Source: Eledone cirrhosa
Lineage: Eukaryota
Assembly (NCBI GenBank): GCA_964016885.1
Contig: OZ024740.1
Location: forward strand, 181,784,001 to 181,848,000
Reading direction: 5' to 3'
DNA length: 64,000 nucleotides
Shown: positions 38,849 to 51,660 of the stretch, piece after piece
Layout: every line of letters begins with the position of its first letter
How positions within the stretch are numbered: the first letter of the stretch is position 1
Position numbers and translations under genes: made by a program
Notes under the pieces: model-generated
Database searches by the model: none
What the model saw: the letters and a program-made list of their open reading frames with translations, nothing else
Told to the model about the DNA's origin: nothing

Positions 38849-41128
38849 GATGAAATTTGGTCGAGAAAGATGATTTTCTTTTTCAAAACGTCGGGAGAAA
38901 TTATATGTTCAAACGTCTGGCTCACCACCATAGTGAGTTGGTCACAGGGTTATTTACTTCAGTAAATACCACTGCAAGCCAACCACTAATTTAATTAGAT
39001 AACAGATATAGAAAATCTGTTGTGTATTTTCGCTCGTGTGTGAACAGTTCAAGAACTTGTCGCCAAAGAGAGAGATTGCTCTTTGCTCCCTCCTTTATAA
39101 TTCCTAGAACGGAAGTTCAAGGAATACTCTAGAATTCTACAGGAAGTAACTCCAGCTACTTCCCTTTGCCTAGAGAGCGCTACAGGTCCTTCCAGCCCTT
39201 TGTTTGGAAAGCTTTCTATGGCTGGATTCCCTTCCTATCACCAACTGCTTTACAACCTGTACTGGGTGTAGATCACCAACACTAGAGTGTTTGTCCTACC
39301 ATGCCATAGATGAAGGGTCCTCTGAACCCCTAGGAGATTAATAGGGTTTTAATGGCTGAAATGCTTTTGATCAATGATTTGTTGAACCAAAGCTGGCATG
39401 AGGCTAAGCAAAAGTACTGTCTAATAGCCAAGGAGAAGAGTTTTACTTACTAGCAATAGCAACCAAATCGCCTTGCCATCTTAAGAAAATAAACATGGAT
39501 AATGTGGTCCTGCATCCCAAGCACATAGTAAAAAAGAGGGCATAGCTACAGCTGGTATGACTGATAATAAATCTATTTGATCAAGGCTGACCTGTGGCTA
39601 AACAGCTACAACTACAATTATCGAATATTTGTGAGATTTATCTCACAAAAATTATCACATATATATAATCTATGATTTAATAACATTTCACAGATTTTTG
39701 AACAATCATAATTCAGTTTACATGTGTGTAAGGTCGATTGATTCTCAATGTAAAAATATATCTCCTTGTTTGTGTTTGTATTGTTTTTCTGCTTGCATGT
39801 GATATTGACTTATTGCAGATCAATAATTTTAAGTTTATTTCAAATTTCTTGTTTTATTGGTTTTTATTTTATTGTTTTATATTTATACAATTCTAATAAT
39901 ATTGACTTCACTGTAATCAATATACTGCAGTCCAGACCAAAATAGAGATCAATCATCAATGTATATACAAGTTTATTCTTTTCATTTTCCTTTATTTTAT
40001 CTTTTTACTTTTACACAAACCACACACCTTTTAATATGTATTTTCCTTTGTAATCTAAATAAAATTATTCACACTTAAATTTTGTTGAAACTGCATTTAA
40101 AAAATATACATGTTTGATGTTGTTTAAAAATCAAGAACACCAAGACATATATACTACAGTTAAACAAGGAAAGCTTACAGAAAATCAAAATAGATTCTAA
40201 CTAAAATGTTTTTTTTATATATACTTCTAAAAGGAAATTACCTTGCTACCAACATAAAATTTGCCCTTTTATCTATCAGCATCATCATCATCATCTTGTT
40301 ATGTCCACTTTTCTATGCTGACATGAATTAGACAGGTCATTGCAAACCACATCAGATATTAATCAGGACTACTATTCTTGATGAGCCATACATTCCATTT
40401 TCAGCATAGTTTCTATACATAAATGTCCTTCCTAATATCAACAATTCACAGATTATCATTACACATTTAATAGGAAGGATGCCATGACTTAAGGGTCTAT
40501 TCAACCGTTTGTTTGCCATGCTTTCTATGGCTGAGTGCCCTTCTTAACACCAACCATTTTACTGAGTAATATTCTATCTAAAATTGATTATAAAATTACT
40601 GTTTTTAAATTTAATTCTTACTTCAATTTAGTTTGTAAATCTTGTGTATATAAAAAATATATTGTATCTAATTCAGCAGCATGTATATTTATGTAAATCT
40701 ATGAAACCAGTAACTTACATAAATTACTGGATTCCAAATTCCAACGAAAACCAAGGTTTGCCTCAACAAAAGAAAAAGAAAAGAAACATATGTCATTTAG
40801 TCTATTTTTCTACACCTTCCTTTCTCTATTCTTCTCTCTGTCTATCTCTTCAATATAAAACCAACAGAATAGGAAGCTGTAAATACATTTTGTTTCAAGT
40901 TTTAGTATTCAGCTGTAAGAAATTTTCATAAGATTTGAGTAATCTGAGGTCTATTTCTTTTGTGTATCTCGTCATTTCTTCATTATCTCTCTCCCTCCCC
41001 CTCTCTCTCTCTCCTAATTTCTTGAGTGATCACTGAAAGTTTGCTTTTGAAATGTGTAGAATTTTTTTTAGTTCATTCCAAAGAACTATAAAATGGAAAT
41101 GGTGCATATATGGTGCACTACAAATAAT

Positions 41129-41308
41129 TGTTTCTACTTTTGGCACAAGGCCAGCAATTACCCAGTGCATTACTGGTACTTTATTTTATCGACCCCGTAA
41201 GGATGAAAGGCAAAGCTAACCTCACCGAGATTTGAACTCAGAATGGAAAGGGCCATAACTCTGTGTCAAAGCATGGCGTCCGACCCTCTGCCGATACTGC
41301 CAATCCAC
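41129..41308 (-). mobile_element. SINE family A copy with ~15-bp TSD (TGCACT[A/T]CAAATAAT)
   Basis: Family A core with duplicated flanks. Confidence 0.88.
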
Positions 41309-41840
41309 TGCACTTCAAATAATGCCAATCCACCACTGTTGCAAAAACTTATAATAATTCCATAGTGGATATTGACTTCAAGGATAGCAGTTGCAATTGA
41401 AACAATACCAACATGATGGAACATGATAGGACTGTATATCAAGTGTCTAGAGAGTTGTTTGATCAGTTAGAAATCTCAGTTAAGTCGCTCTAGACAGTCT
41501 TTAAAAAGAATGGATAAATTGAATAATGTAGTTCAGAATAAAATGTATGAGACTGCCATGAATAAAATACATTTTATCATGTCAGGTCAATTAGGGTTGA
41601 ATTTGAGATAATCAACAACAAAAGCAGCAAAAATGCATATATTGAGAATATATTGAAATGGACCCTGATCAGATTCCACAATTAGTGTTCCAGTTGTTCT
41701 ATCAATCGAACAGCTTGCTCATGAAATTAATATGGAAGTTGCTGAGCATTCCACAGACATGTATATCCTTCACAGAATTCTAATGGAGATTTAGTGTGAT
41801 ATAGCTCCTGACAGGTCATGTCAGGTGTCTGCATAATAAT

Positions 41841-41911
41841 TGTTTCTACTTTAGGCACAAGGCCAGCAATTACCCAGTGCATTACTGGTACTTTATTTTA
41901 TCGACCCCATA
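41841..41911 (-). mobile_element. Heavily 5'-truncated SINE family A copy with 18-bp TSD AGGTGTCTGCATAATAAT
   Basis: The 3' ~70 bp of the SINE lies between two perfect direct repeats. Confidence 0.85.
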
Positions 41912-43904
41912 AGGTGTCTGCATAATAATGGTACCAGGGAACTCAGTAAAAACTGATTCATGGTTGAGTTGCTAGTGACTAAACTGGATTGCCTACTAGA
42001 CCTTGGTCTGGTGAGGAAGGTAAGGGGAACCCTAGCAGTACAAAAAATGAGAAATATTAAAAGTGTGGATGAATACCTCAGAGTCAATGGCCTTCCCCAA
42101 CAACTGGCCAAGCATGGTGAGTATAGCTACAACTCTGACATGACCAAAACCAAAAAGAAAATGGGGGATGTCAACCAGGGAGGTATTTCCTCCAGCAGAT
42201 GTGAGAAGTGTGAGAAGCATATTGGAAAGGATTGGATTAGAGCTAATGAGAAGACTAGCTCTTTAAATTACATGTACAGTCGATTCAATGAATTTTCAAA
42301 ACGTTTCTATCCACCCAGTTTTACACACAATATATATATATGAGTGGACTCAAGGCTATCGCAAATGACACTTGCTCAAGATGCCACACAGTGAGATTGA
42401 ACCAAAGACCTAATATTTTCAAAACAAGCTCCTGAACCATTCGATAATGCTGCATCCACATATATAGAATATATAGAATATATATATTTAGAATGTATAT
42501 ATATATTTAGAATATATATATTACAAAAGTCAGCTAAAGAATATTTCAGTCAAAAGATAGTGAAAATAAATATACCAGAAATAGTTCTATTATAATCAGT
42601 CTTTAATAAATCTAAAATCCATCTCATTTTAAAATTGGTGAAATACATAAACCGGAGGCAATAGAATTTAATTTAAATCCTTTAAACATACACTGCAGCA
42701 TTATTCTATTCAATTAAATATTTTATATAGAATTTTTAAGAAACATATTTTGTTCAAAATCTGACAGAGAGAGAAAAGTAGAGCTATACAAATATTTTAA
42801 GTAAAATTAAAAAAAGGGATTTATAAGTATTTTTCATGGTGTTTAGGAAAAGGAATTTTACTATGGGGTGAAAAGGGAAAATGCTTACTCAGTAAAATTT
42901 TGGCATAAATGTCTTTTAAAAAACACTTTTATAAAGTAAAATTATATATACACAAACATCACATGCACGCACATTAAATCTGAAGAAACTTGTTGAGGTT
43001 ATTACAAACCGAAACTGCTTGAGCTGATGATCAAATCTCCAATCATAAATATATGAGGATTTCTAATGAATGAAACAGTTCTAAAGTATTAGAAGTCATT
43101 TCTATAATAGAATAAAGAAGCCTATACTCTTCTAACGAATTGAGTACTCTTTTTAACCATGATCACCTCCCAATATATATTGAGAATCCACCTATATATC
43201 TATACATCTTTCCGACATGGTAAGCATGGTTGGCCGTAGGAAGAGCATCCAGCTGTAGAAACGAACATATGAACGGATTCTTTGTGAGCCTGACATGGTC
43301 ATAGATTTGACTTGTCATACAATGAGACACACATGTAATCCAAGGTAGTGTGGAAAATGGACGTTAACGGTGATGATGATGATATATATATACAAAGAAT
43401 ATCCTAATCGTTGAGCTTTCTCTCTCTTTATATATATATGTGTGTGTGTCTATATATATATATATGTATATATATGGTAAAAGCGATGATGCCGATGATG
43501 ATAATGTAGTTGAAACTTTGTAAAAATAGTTACATCATCCAGTCTCTACGAGTTTAGATATGCAATTAAATTAATTCACTACAACAATTACATAACACAA
43601 ATACCTTGTTGTATTTGGTAACATGCTCATTATCCACCACTGCAAGCAGGTTCACTCTCTTATTCTATTTAATAAGTTTGATAACATAAAAACAAGATAT
43701 AATTGATAAAATTCCCTCAAGCCTTTGGAGGTGCTGCCTTTCCTTGGCCACAGTCCAATGATTGAGACTCTGCATGATTAAGTTTCCATAACAACCATGG
43801 GATTCCAGATATAATTTCATTGCCCTGCACAGTCCATAGAAGAACATTTTCATGGACTCATGTAGACCATTTCTTTATGAGTTGATATGTAGAAGGAGTG
43901 TGTA

Positions 43905-44550
43905 TCATCATCATTTAACATCTATTTTCCACGCTAGCATGGGTTAGATGGGTTTTTCCATTTGAGGCAAGTTGCACCGGGTGTATGTGTTTTGCTCATA
44001 TAGGTCTGTTTCTGACTAGATTTCTACGGCTGGATGTACTTCCAAACACCAACCATATTTACAGTGTGTACTGGGTGCTTTTTTGCAGTGTCTTCTACAT
44101 GACCACTTTATAGTGTGGGCTGGGTGCATTTTATCGTGACACCTACACAACCATTTTACAGTGTGGGCTGGATGTTTTTGTAATACCAACATAACTTTAC
44201 AGAGTAAGGGTGGTGTAGAGGTGTGGGAAGGTGTAGTGGGTTAAGAGGTGCATACAGAGTGTATGTCTGAGTCGATACACAAGGGAACAGGTGGTCTTCT
44301 GTATTACTGCATAGTGCCATCCTGTGTCATTGTTTTTGAGAGGTGCAACTTCAGCTTATATTACATTGTCACAGGACTTTCTGGGAGTTCTACTCCATAG
44401 CTGCCATCAATTTTGATTTCCCTGCACCTTTTTATACAGCTGTCATCCTTCATACGCATCACATGACCATACCAATTCAATCTGATCCCTCTTATGTCTA
44501 ATTTCTCACTTAGTTAATTTACGCTTTGCCATTCGTGTATATTACATCAT
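43905..44550 (-). mobile_element. Older RTE LINE 3' end
   Basis: ATC tail, degenerate 3' UTR repeats and the CATCCTTCATACGCATCACATGACCATACCA coding remnant. Confidence 0.75.
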
Positions 44551-45378
44551 ATATATATATATGTGTGAGTGTGTGTGTGTGTGCATGTGTGGCTAAAAGC
44601 TGAGATAAAAGAGTGTTCAATACTGAAGTTTTAATATTCATTTTATTAAGGCTAAATAGTGAGTTTGTTACCCTATTGTAAACACAAATACAAAAACAAT
44701 GGGGTTGGTGTTAGGAAGGGCCTCCAGCTGTAAAATTCCCAAACAAATTTACAGTCCTCATCATAGAAAGGTAAGGAGTGACCAACTTGTTTCCTGTCAT
44801 GGACAAACCGTCTAACCTACGCAAGCATGGAAGAATGGACGCTAAAGAGTGATGATGATGATATATATATATATTACATAAAGAGTAAGTTACATTCTAG
44901 ACTATGTGTGTCACATCAAAAAGGTATGCAGGAGCAAGGTAGGTTTACAAAGTCATTTGCAGGCTCATGGGCGTTCTGTACAACTTTGGATAGATGGCCC
45001 TCTTCTGTAATGAATTGGAAGTTATTAAATTATTGTGTTTGTATACATATATATACTGAGTTAATATCTTGTGTGGCCAACATGTTCCACCCACCTACCC
45101 TCTAGATTATTCAAAAGCTGCATATGTTCACTATAAAAGGATCTATATATACTGATGTTTTAGAGGAAGCAAAATATTAGGTTCTCTGTAGGTGTTAGTT
45201 TTATTCCATATAGTTACTGATGCAGATTCATGGAAACAGGATGTTAAGAGTTTTATAGCAGCCTTGAAATATTATATACTAGCTGAGCTACCCGGTGATT
45301 CCCAGGTATTTTATTAAAGTTACAATATTTGATGACCATTGAAATATGGATTGCTGAATTTTAACTAAAGTAGAAATT

Positions 45379-45730
45379 CATCATCATCATCATCATCACC
45401 GTTTTACGTCCGTTCTTCCACGCTAGCATGGGTTAGACGGGTTGTCCTGTTGTGGGCAGTGTCTGGTCGGCTGGCCATGCCTTGCTTATACAGGAACTGA
45501 TTTGGCTTGATTTCTACAGCTGGATGCCCTTCCTAACACCAACCTCATTTACAGTGAGTGCTGGGTGCTTTTTCGTGGCGCCTACACGTCCACTTTACAG
45601 TGTGGGCTGGGTGTTTTTTTGCCGTGTCACCTCCACGACCACCTTGCGGTGGGGGGTGTGGGGGCATATTGTTTATATGCTTCAGCTTGTACCCATGGGA
45701 GGTCGGGTACTTTGTATTACTGCGTGACAC
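45379..45730 (-). mobile_element. RTE family A 3' UTR fragment
   Basis: Near-identical to 18318-18670, with an ATC tail. Confidence 0.88.
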
Positions 45731-47533
45731 CAGTTTGTTTTCTTCACAATCCCCACACAAGCCAGGTTACTGACAAACCCAAGGAATGCACAGAGCTCAT
45801 TGCTGAATGCTATGCAGATATTTTCACTATTGAAGATGAGAGTGTACCGTCTCCACGACCTCTGACATCAGATTCTATTACAACTATGGAATTTACACCT
45901 GCAATGCTGCGACGTCACCTTCAAAATAAATGCAAGCATGACTCTCCTGGTTTTGATGGTGTTACGTAGCTGCTTCTCAAATGTGCTGGGCACTTCATTC
46001 TGCTCCAGCTATCACACTTCCAATTCTATCTGAACAATGGTGCTACTCCAGAACAGTGGAAAACTGCCAGTGTCATTCCTCTGTTCAAAAGGGGTCACTG
46101 TACATCACCTGTGAACTATCGTCCAGTCAGTCTTACTAGCTGCATTGCCAAACTGATGGAATCCTTGGTCATAGAAACGCTTTGGAACTTCTGGAACTCA
46201 CACAGTCTTATCCGGCCCTCGCAATTTGGATTTATCCCTAACTCCAGCTGCTGTGATCAACTTATCCAGTTTCTTGAAGACATCACCTGGATCACTGATG
46301 GCGGCTCATGGGTGGATGTTATTTACCTTGACTTTGCTAAAGCCTTCAATTCTGTGCCACACAAAAGACTTATGGCAAAACTCTCTGCAATGGGTGTGAG
46401 GGATGATCTTTTCAACTGGTTGAAGTCCTTCATTCTCAGTCGAAGAGAGGTAGTCACGGTTCTAGGACAGCATTCCTCACCATATGCGCTGTCATCTGGT
46501 GTACTACAGGGATCTGTTCTTGGCCCCCTTTTGTTTGTGGCATATATTAATAACATAGATGCCAACTTAAAGAATGCCACAGTACTGAAATATGCAGATG
46601 ACATCAAGTTGTACCTTAAGATAAACAGGACCGATCCTGAACACTATAGATCTTGCCTGCAATCTGACCTGGACACAATGCAACAATGAATCACAAGCTA
46701 GCTGTGGACAAGTGTATCCACATGCATTTTGGGAGTAAAAACCAAGTGTCCACATACTCCCTGCAAAACACTAATATCAAGAAGTCTTCTTGTGAACGTG
46801 ACCTGGGCATTACGGTCAGCACCAATTTGCGTTGGACAAAGCATGTCTCTAAAATTGTCAAGAAGGCCGAGGGCGTCTTAGCATCACTCAGCAAGACCTT
46901 TGTCAGCTGCTCTCCAGCTATCTATTTAAAGCTGTATATAGCTATGGTGCGGCCACACTTAGAATTTGCATCACCAGTCTGGAACCCCTATCTTGATCAG
47001 AACATTGACCGCCTGGAAACTGTTCAGAGACGTACAACCAAGCGAATACCCTCCATCAGGCATCTACCATACTCTGAACACCTTGCTTCCCTTGGCATGG
47101 ATACATTGAAGCTCCGACTGGCAACTGACTTGGTAAATACCCACAAAATTACTAACCATCTTGCCAACAACAACCCTGAGTATCTTTTTGATTTCCATGT
47201 GTCTAACACATGTCGGCATGCCCACAAAGTCAGAAAGCAACACAGCTCCCATGACTTTCAGAAACAGTTTTTCACGCTCAGAGTTGCTGAAGCATGGCAC
47301 AAACTACCTGCATCAGTTATTAGCTGTCAAAACACGGCATCCTTGAAAACCTCCATGCTTCCTGAGATTCGCCAACACTACACCTAATATTCCCCCTCCA
47401 TACACACGCACACATGTATATCATGACTCATTCACTTCCCTGACATTTGTATATAATTCTAGGTACTATACATGCACCTTTGACTAGTTGTAGTGCACCT
47501 GAGCACTGTACACAATAATTTCATTACTATTAT
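45731..47533 (+). mobile_element. 5'-truncated CR1-clade LINE (RT and C-terminal region, few lesions)
   Basis: SPGFDG, NYRPVSLTSCIAKLMES, YLDFAKAFNSVPH, QGSVLGPLLF, KYADD, ERDLG, VRPHLEFASPVWNP and LETVQRR. The 3' UTR ends in an ATT-type repeat. Confidence 0.93.
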
Positions 47534-48433
47534 ATACCACAATTCTATTAAAATGCACTCCAATGATTTTCAATTAATTTTGAACTTAATGAAGAATTCA
47601 TAGGGATTTAACAATATAACTAACGTTTTCATTATCAAGCTGGTGTTTGAAACATATCTTAATTTTTTTTACATAAAATTATGATGTAGGGTGTATTAAT
47701 TTAAATGTAAACTCTTCAAAACAAATGGGGTTGTGTCATAAAACCAGGAGTGGTTTAAGGCAGTTTGATAAAAAAAAGCGTTACATAAAGCCAAGTTGAA
47801 TAGTTATGCAAAACAGAGATGGGAGCATTGGACAGATCTACGACAAAGGATCACATTCGTCATTCATCATTAAGAATCTTCTTGTTATCAATTCAATTTC
47901 TTTTCAAGTTATTTCAAAATCTGAAGATGAGAATAAGTTGTTAACTTCACTATTTGAATTTTGTTGGATTTTTATAAATTTATAATTTTTGTATTTTCCA
48001 TTTTTTGTTCATTCCTAATTTAATAAATCAACAGATCTGGTTTAGTTTTGATTTGTTCTTTCATTTTTTGTAGATAATAAAAATTTACATAATGATTCTG
48101 AATTGTCTAAGCTAGTTTGGGTGAAAATCTGAAGTACTTTTAACTTTGTAAAATATTTTCAAAAACACTTTAAATCAAGAGAGCTAGACAGAAATTTAAG
48201 ATTAGCATGATGGGTAAAATTGGAATGATAACTAAAAGGAAAAGCAAAGTCATTATAAAAATAATTCAGTGTAGCTGGCAATAAAACATAAAATAATATC
48301 AGATCTCTGAGATTTATATGCACACATATATTTATAAATTACTCTGGAGAATAATGAAATCATAAATTGAAATGACACTGAAAGCTAAAGATTTGAGATG
48401 CCATGTATCTGTGCGTGTCTATAAATATATGAT

Positions 48434-48471
<38 letters not shown>

Positions 48472-48558
48472 CATATATACATACAGAGAGAGAGAGAGAG
48501 ACATAGATATATATATATGCATACATATATTTATACATCATATGTATGTGTATATATA

Positions 48559-49433
48559 TCATCATCATCATCATCACAGTTTTACATCCATTCTTCCATG
48601 CTAGAGTGGGTTAGATGGATTGTCCTGTTGTGGGCAGTGCCCGGTCGGCTGACCTTGTCTTGCTCATATGGGGACTGATTCTGGCTTGATTTCTACAGCT
48701 GGATGCCCTTCCTAACACCAAACTCATTTACAGTGAGTGCTGGGTGCTTTTTTTCCATTGCGCCTACACGAACAGTTTACAGTGTGAGCTGGATTCTTCT
48801 TTGCTGTGGCACCTCCACAACCACTTTGCATTTAGAGCAGGTGGGAGCATATTGTCTATATGCTTCAGCTTTGGCTTGTACCCATGGCAAGTCAGGTCTT
48901 CTGTATTCCTGCATGACGCCAGAGGTCATGGTCATGTGTCATCGCCTTTGAGAAATGAAATTGGGTAAGGTCAGCTTTTATGACCTCATCCCAGGTCTTC
49001 TTGGGTTTCCCCATTCTACGGCTTCCATCGACTTCTAGTGCTCTGCACCTTTTTATGCTGCTGTCATCCTTCATACGCCTCACATGTCCATACCAACGCA
49101 ACCTCCTCTCCTGCACACATTTGATTCCTCTTATGCTCAGTCTTTCTCTCTCAATTCGTTTGTGCTTTCCTGTTCGTGTATATTACTGTTACACATCCAC
49201 CGGAGCATGCAAGCTTCGTTTCTTTTTTAACTACATGAGTCTTCTATGCACAACGCCTAGGTCTCACTCCCCTGTAACATTGGTGTTCGTATGCACGCAT
49301 CATAGAGTCTGCCTTTCATTTTGAGGGAAAAGCCTTTTGCAGCTAGCAGTGGCAATAGCTTCCTCAATTTCTTCCATCCCATTCTTACCCTGACTACTGT
49401 ACTTTCCGAACACCCACCTCCAGTGCTAATTCG
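48559..49433 (-). mobile_element. RTE family A 3' fragment with internal deletion
   Basis: ORFs 48892..49116 and 49257..49481 (GWKKLRKLLPLL...KGRLYDAC), with an ATC tail. Confidence 0.85.
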
Positions 49434-49460
<27 letters not shown>

Positions 49461-49464
<4 letters not shown>

Positions 49465-50184
49465 GTGCTGCGTGGTTGCAAATGGGTTACATATGGATAA
49501 AGTTAGTCCTTCATCAGTGATCTTCCAACCTTCATTGTTATTTCATCGCTTTACCACGCAGCACGTCTTGTTTTCATATTCACACATATATTTTCCTCCA
49601 CTGTGACCCGTCTATTTCATTCTTACTGCTTCCTCTTTCTCTGTATCTTTCACCTCCCTTTACCCTCTCTAACAGTCACTCTCTCTATTAGCCTCTTCCT
49701 CACCCTTTACTCACTCACTCACTCTCTGCTATTCCCTCTCCTTCTTCCTCCTGTTTGACTTGTGCGAAATTCTTTCCTCGCGCACACTTGACCAGGTCGG
49801 TTGTTCCTTTTTTTTCTCTCTTGCCTACGATTTCACAGAATTTATGTTCACCGAATTCAAGGACCAGACACCTTCTTGCTCCTGTTTGACCTGTGCGGAA
49901 TTCCTTCATTGCTCACATTTCGACTAGGTTTGATGATCTTTATTCTCTCTCGTTCACGATTTCATCGAACTTATATTCAAAGAATTCTGGGGCTTGACTC
50001 TTTCCTCCTCACTTTTCGTTGCATTACCATCTTTGATTGTTTACAATCTCGCTTGTTCCCCTTATTTACGTGTCCCAACGACTTTCTTTAGCCGTTGCTC
50101 GCACCAACCGGAGGTATATGGTCTTTAAAGCGATGAAATACCAATGAAGGTTGGAAGATCACTGATGAAGGACTAACTTTATTT
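49461..50184 (+). mobile_element. Non-coding CT-rich element with inverted 5' piece, inserted in (TA)n (Penelope pLTR-like)
   Basis: ~49497-49553 is the reverse complement of ~50126-50182. It shares CGCAGCACG and TGAC.TG.G.GAAA segments with 56411-57075. TA tracts lie on both sides. Confidence 0.55.
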
Positions 50185-50228
50185 ATATATATATATATAT
50201 ATACTTATATATTATTTATATATACAAA

Positions 50229-51214
50229 CAAGCAGTGGAGCCCAGCATTGCGTGGGTTGGGAAAAATTAAACTTCAAAAGTGTAGTAACATGTATAAATA
50301 AAAATTGTGAGTTGAGCACATGGAGTGAAAACATAGGTCGTAGTTTGTGCCCAACTTCTTTGGTGAAAAAATAAAAAACCAGTAACACCCGGTGTTATTG
50401 TTGCTAACCGTTGGCGGGGACTTTTTAAATAGATCCATTCTGACTCTTTTTCACCAATTAAGCTTTTTCTGGTACAACCTATGTCTTATGAAATGCGCCC
50501 TTTTTACTAAACATCTCTGCATCATGTGTTATGCCAGTGGGGAAAAATCGATAAACCCGCATGGACCAAGCAGTAAACCATGCAATTGAGGTGGCCGTTT
50601 GAGTTGATTTTCCACTGCTAAGGGCTACAGTAGACAGAACAACTAACATTTTATGAGTAGAAAATATTAAATGGAACACAATGCATAATTGGTGAAAATT
50701 TGAATAAAATCAACCGCAAACTATAGAAGTCATTGACTTCGATACTTTTTTAAATTTAGTTTTTCTTACACAGGGCCTGAATTAGATAAAAACTTGAAAA
50801 ATCGGTTAATTCAAAATAATGTTTGGTACATGAGGCATGGTTGTTCAAAATTTGAAGGAAATCGGTTGGACACTGTAGGCGTTATAACGATGCGGATTTT
50901 TTTAATTTGTTTTTTTCTAGTCTAGGAGGTGCACGAAACGAAATGTTATGAGTCCAAAATAAAGTGGGGAACATGATGCATGTTTGTTCCAGATTTGAAG
51001 GAAATCAGATTAAACTGTAGAAGTTATTGACAAAAATGATTTTTTTTTAGTCGGTTTTTCTCTTGTAGTAGACACAAATTTGAAAATATAACGAGTTCTT
51101 ATGAAGGTCAGGAGCCTAACGCATGTTTGTGCAAAATTTGAAGAATATCAGTTGCAAGTTGTAGAAGTTATGTGGAAACAGACACAGGCACATAGTCTAT
51201 TTTATATATATAGA
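50229..51214 (-). mobile_element. Non-autonomous Helitron-like element with internal ~145-bp tandem repeats
   Basis: The minus strand starts TCTATATATATAAAA and ends with hairpin CCCACGC-AAT-GCTGGG followed by CTTG (a CTAG variant). It is inserted between A and T. Four CAT...ATTTGAA..AAATC...TGTAG units at ~50684, 50836, 50980 and 51122. Confidence 0.7.
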
Positions 51215-51489
51215 TATATATATACATGAGAGGTATTAAACATGTTTTGCTACTTGTTTGCAGCAACTTAAACATGTACATATGTGTTCTAACCTATATG
51301 ATCCAGAATTAATTTGAAGCATTAAATTGAAATTTAAGCCATTTTGAAAACAACCACTTTTAAAGCATCATGTGTTCAGTAAAAACTGAAGCAAGAATGA
51401 ATATTATATTCATAAAACTTGGTTTGAAAAAAATATTGAAGCATAGAGAAATATTTAGTGAGGTGCTTACATATATATATGTATATATA

Positions 51490-51660
51490 AGGAAACCCAC
51501 AAAACTATGGGCGGAGGTGGTGAGAGCACACCTCAGATCGCTGAAGCTCATGAAGGAGATGACGAAAGACCATGACAAGTGGAGAGATGCTGTGCTGAAT
51601 AGAACCCATCCCACACTTGCAAGCAGGGAAAAGCGGGCATAAAATGATGATGATGATGAT
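51490..51660 (+). mobile_element. RTE family B 3' end
   Basis: KPTKLWAEVVRAHLRSLKLMKEMTKDHDKWR..., ending CTTGCAAGCAGGGAAAAGCGG plus (GAT)n. Confidence 0.8.

Larger units (their letters stand above)
34391..39184 (-). mobile_element. Full-length decayed Gypsy LTR retrotransposon, CsRn1/Kabuki-like clade
   Basis: 254-bp LTRs at 34391-34644 and 38931-39184. tRNA-Trp-like PBS TGGTGAGCCAGACGT just inside the 5' LTR, and purine-rich GAGATGGGAG before the 3' LTR. Gag C-terminus CWY...C...C. Pol order PR (VDTG), RT (GDYRRLN, VDDLL), RH (TDHKPL), IN (SHPG..CLQC, NGMVERFH). Confidence 0.94.

Noticed and set aside
41960-42343. 127-aa ORF in moderately GC-rich sequence
   Set aside because: No recognisable domain. 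It shares GACTAAACTGG with the repeat-like segment near 57600 and is more likely a decayed retroelement 5' region.
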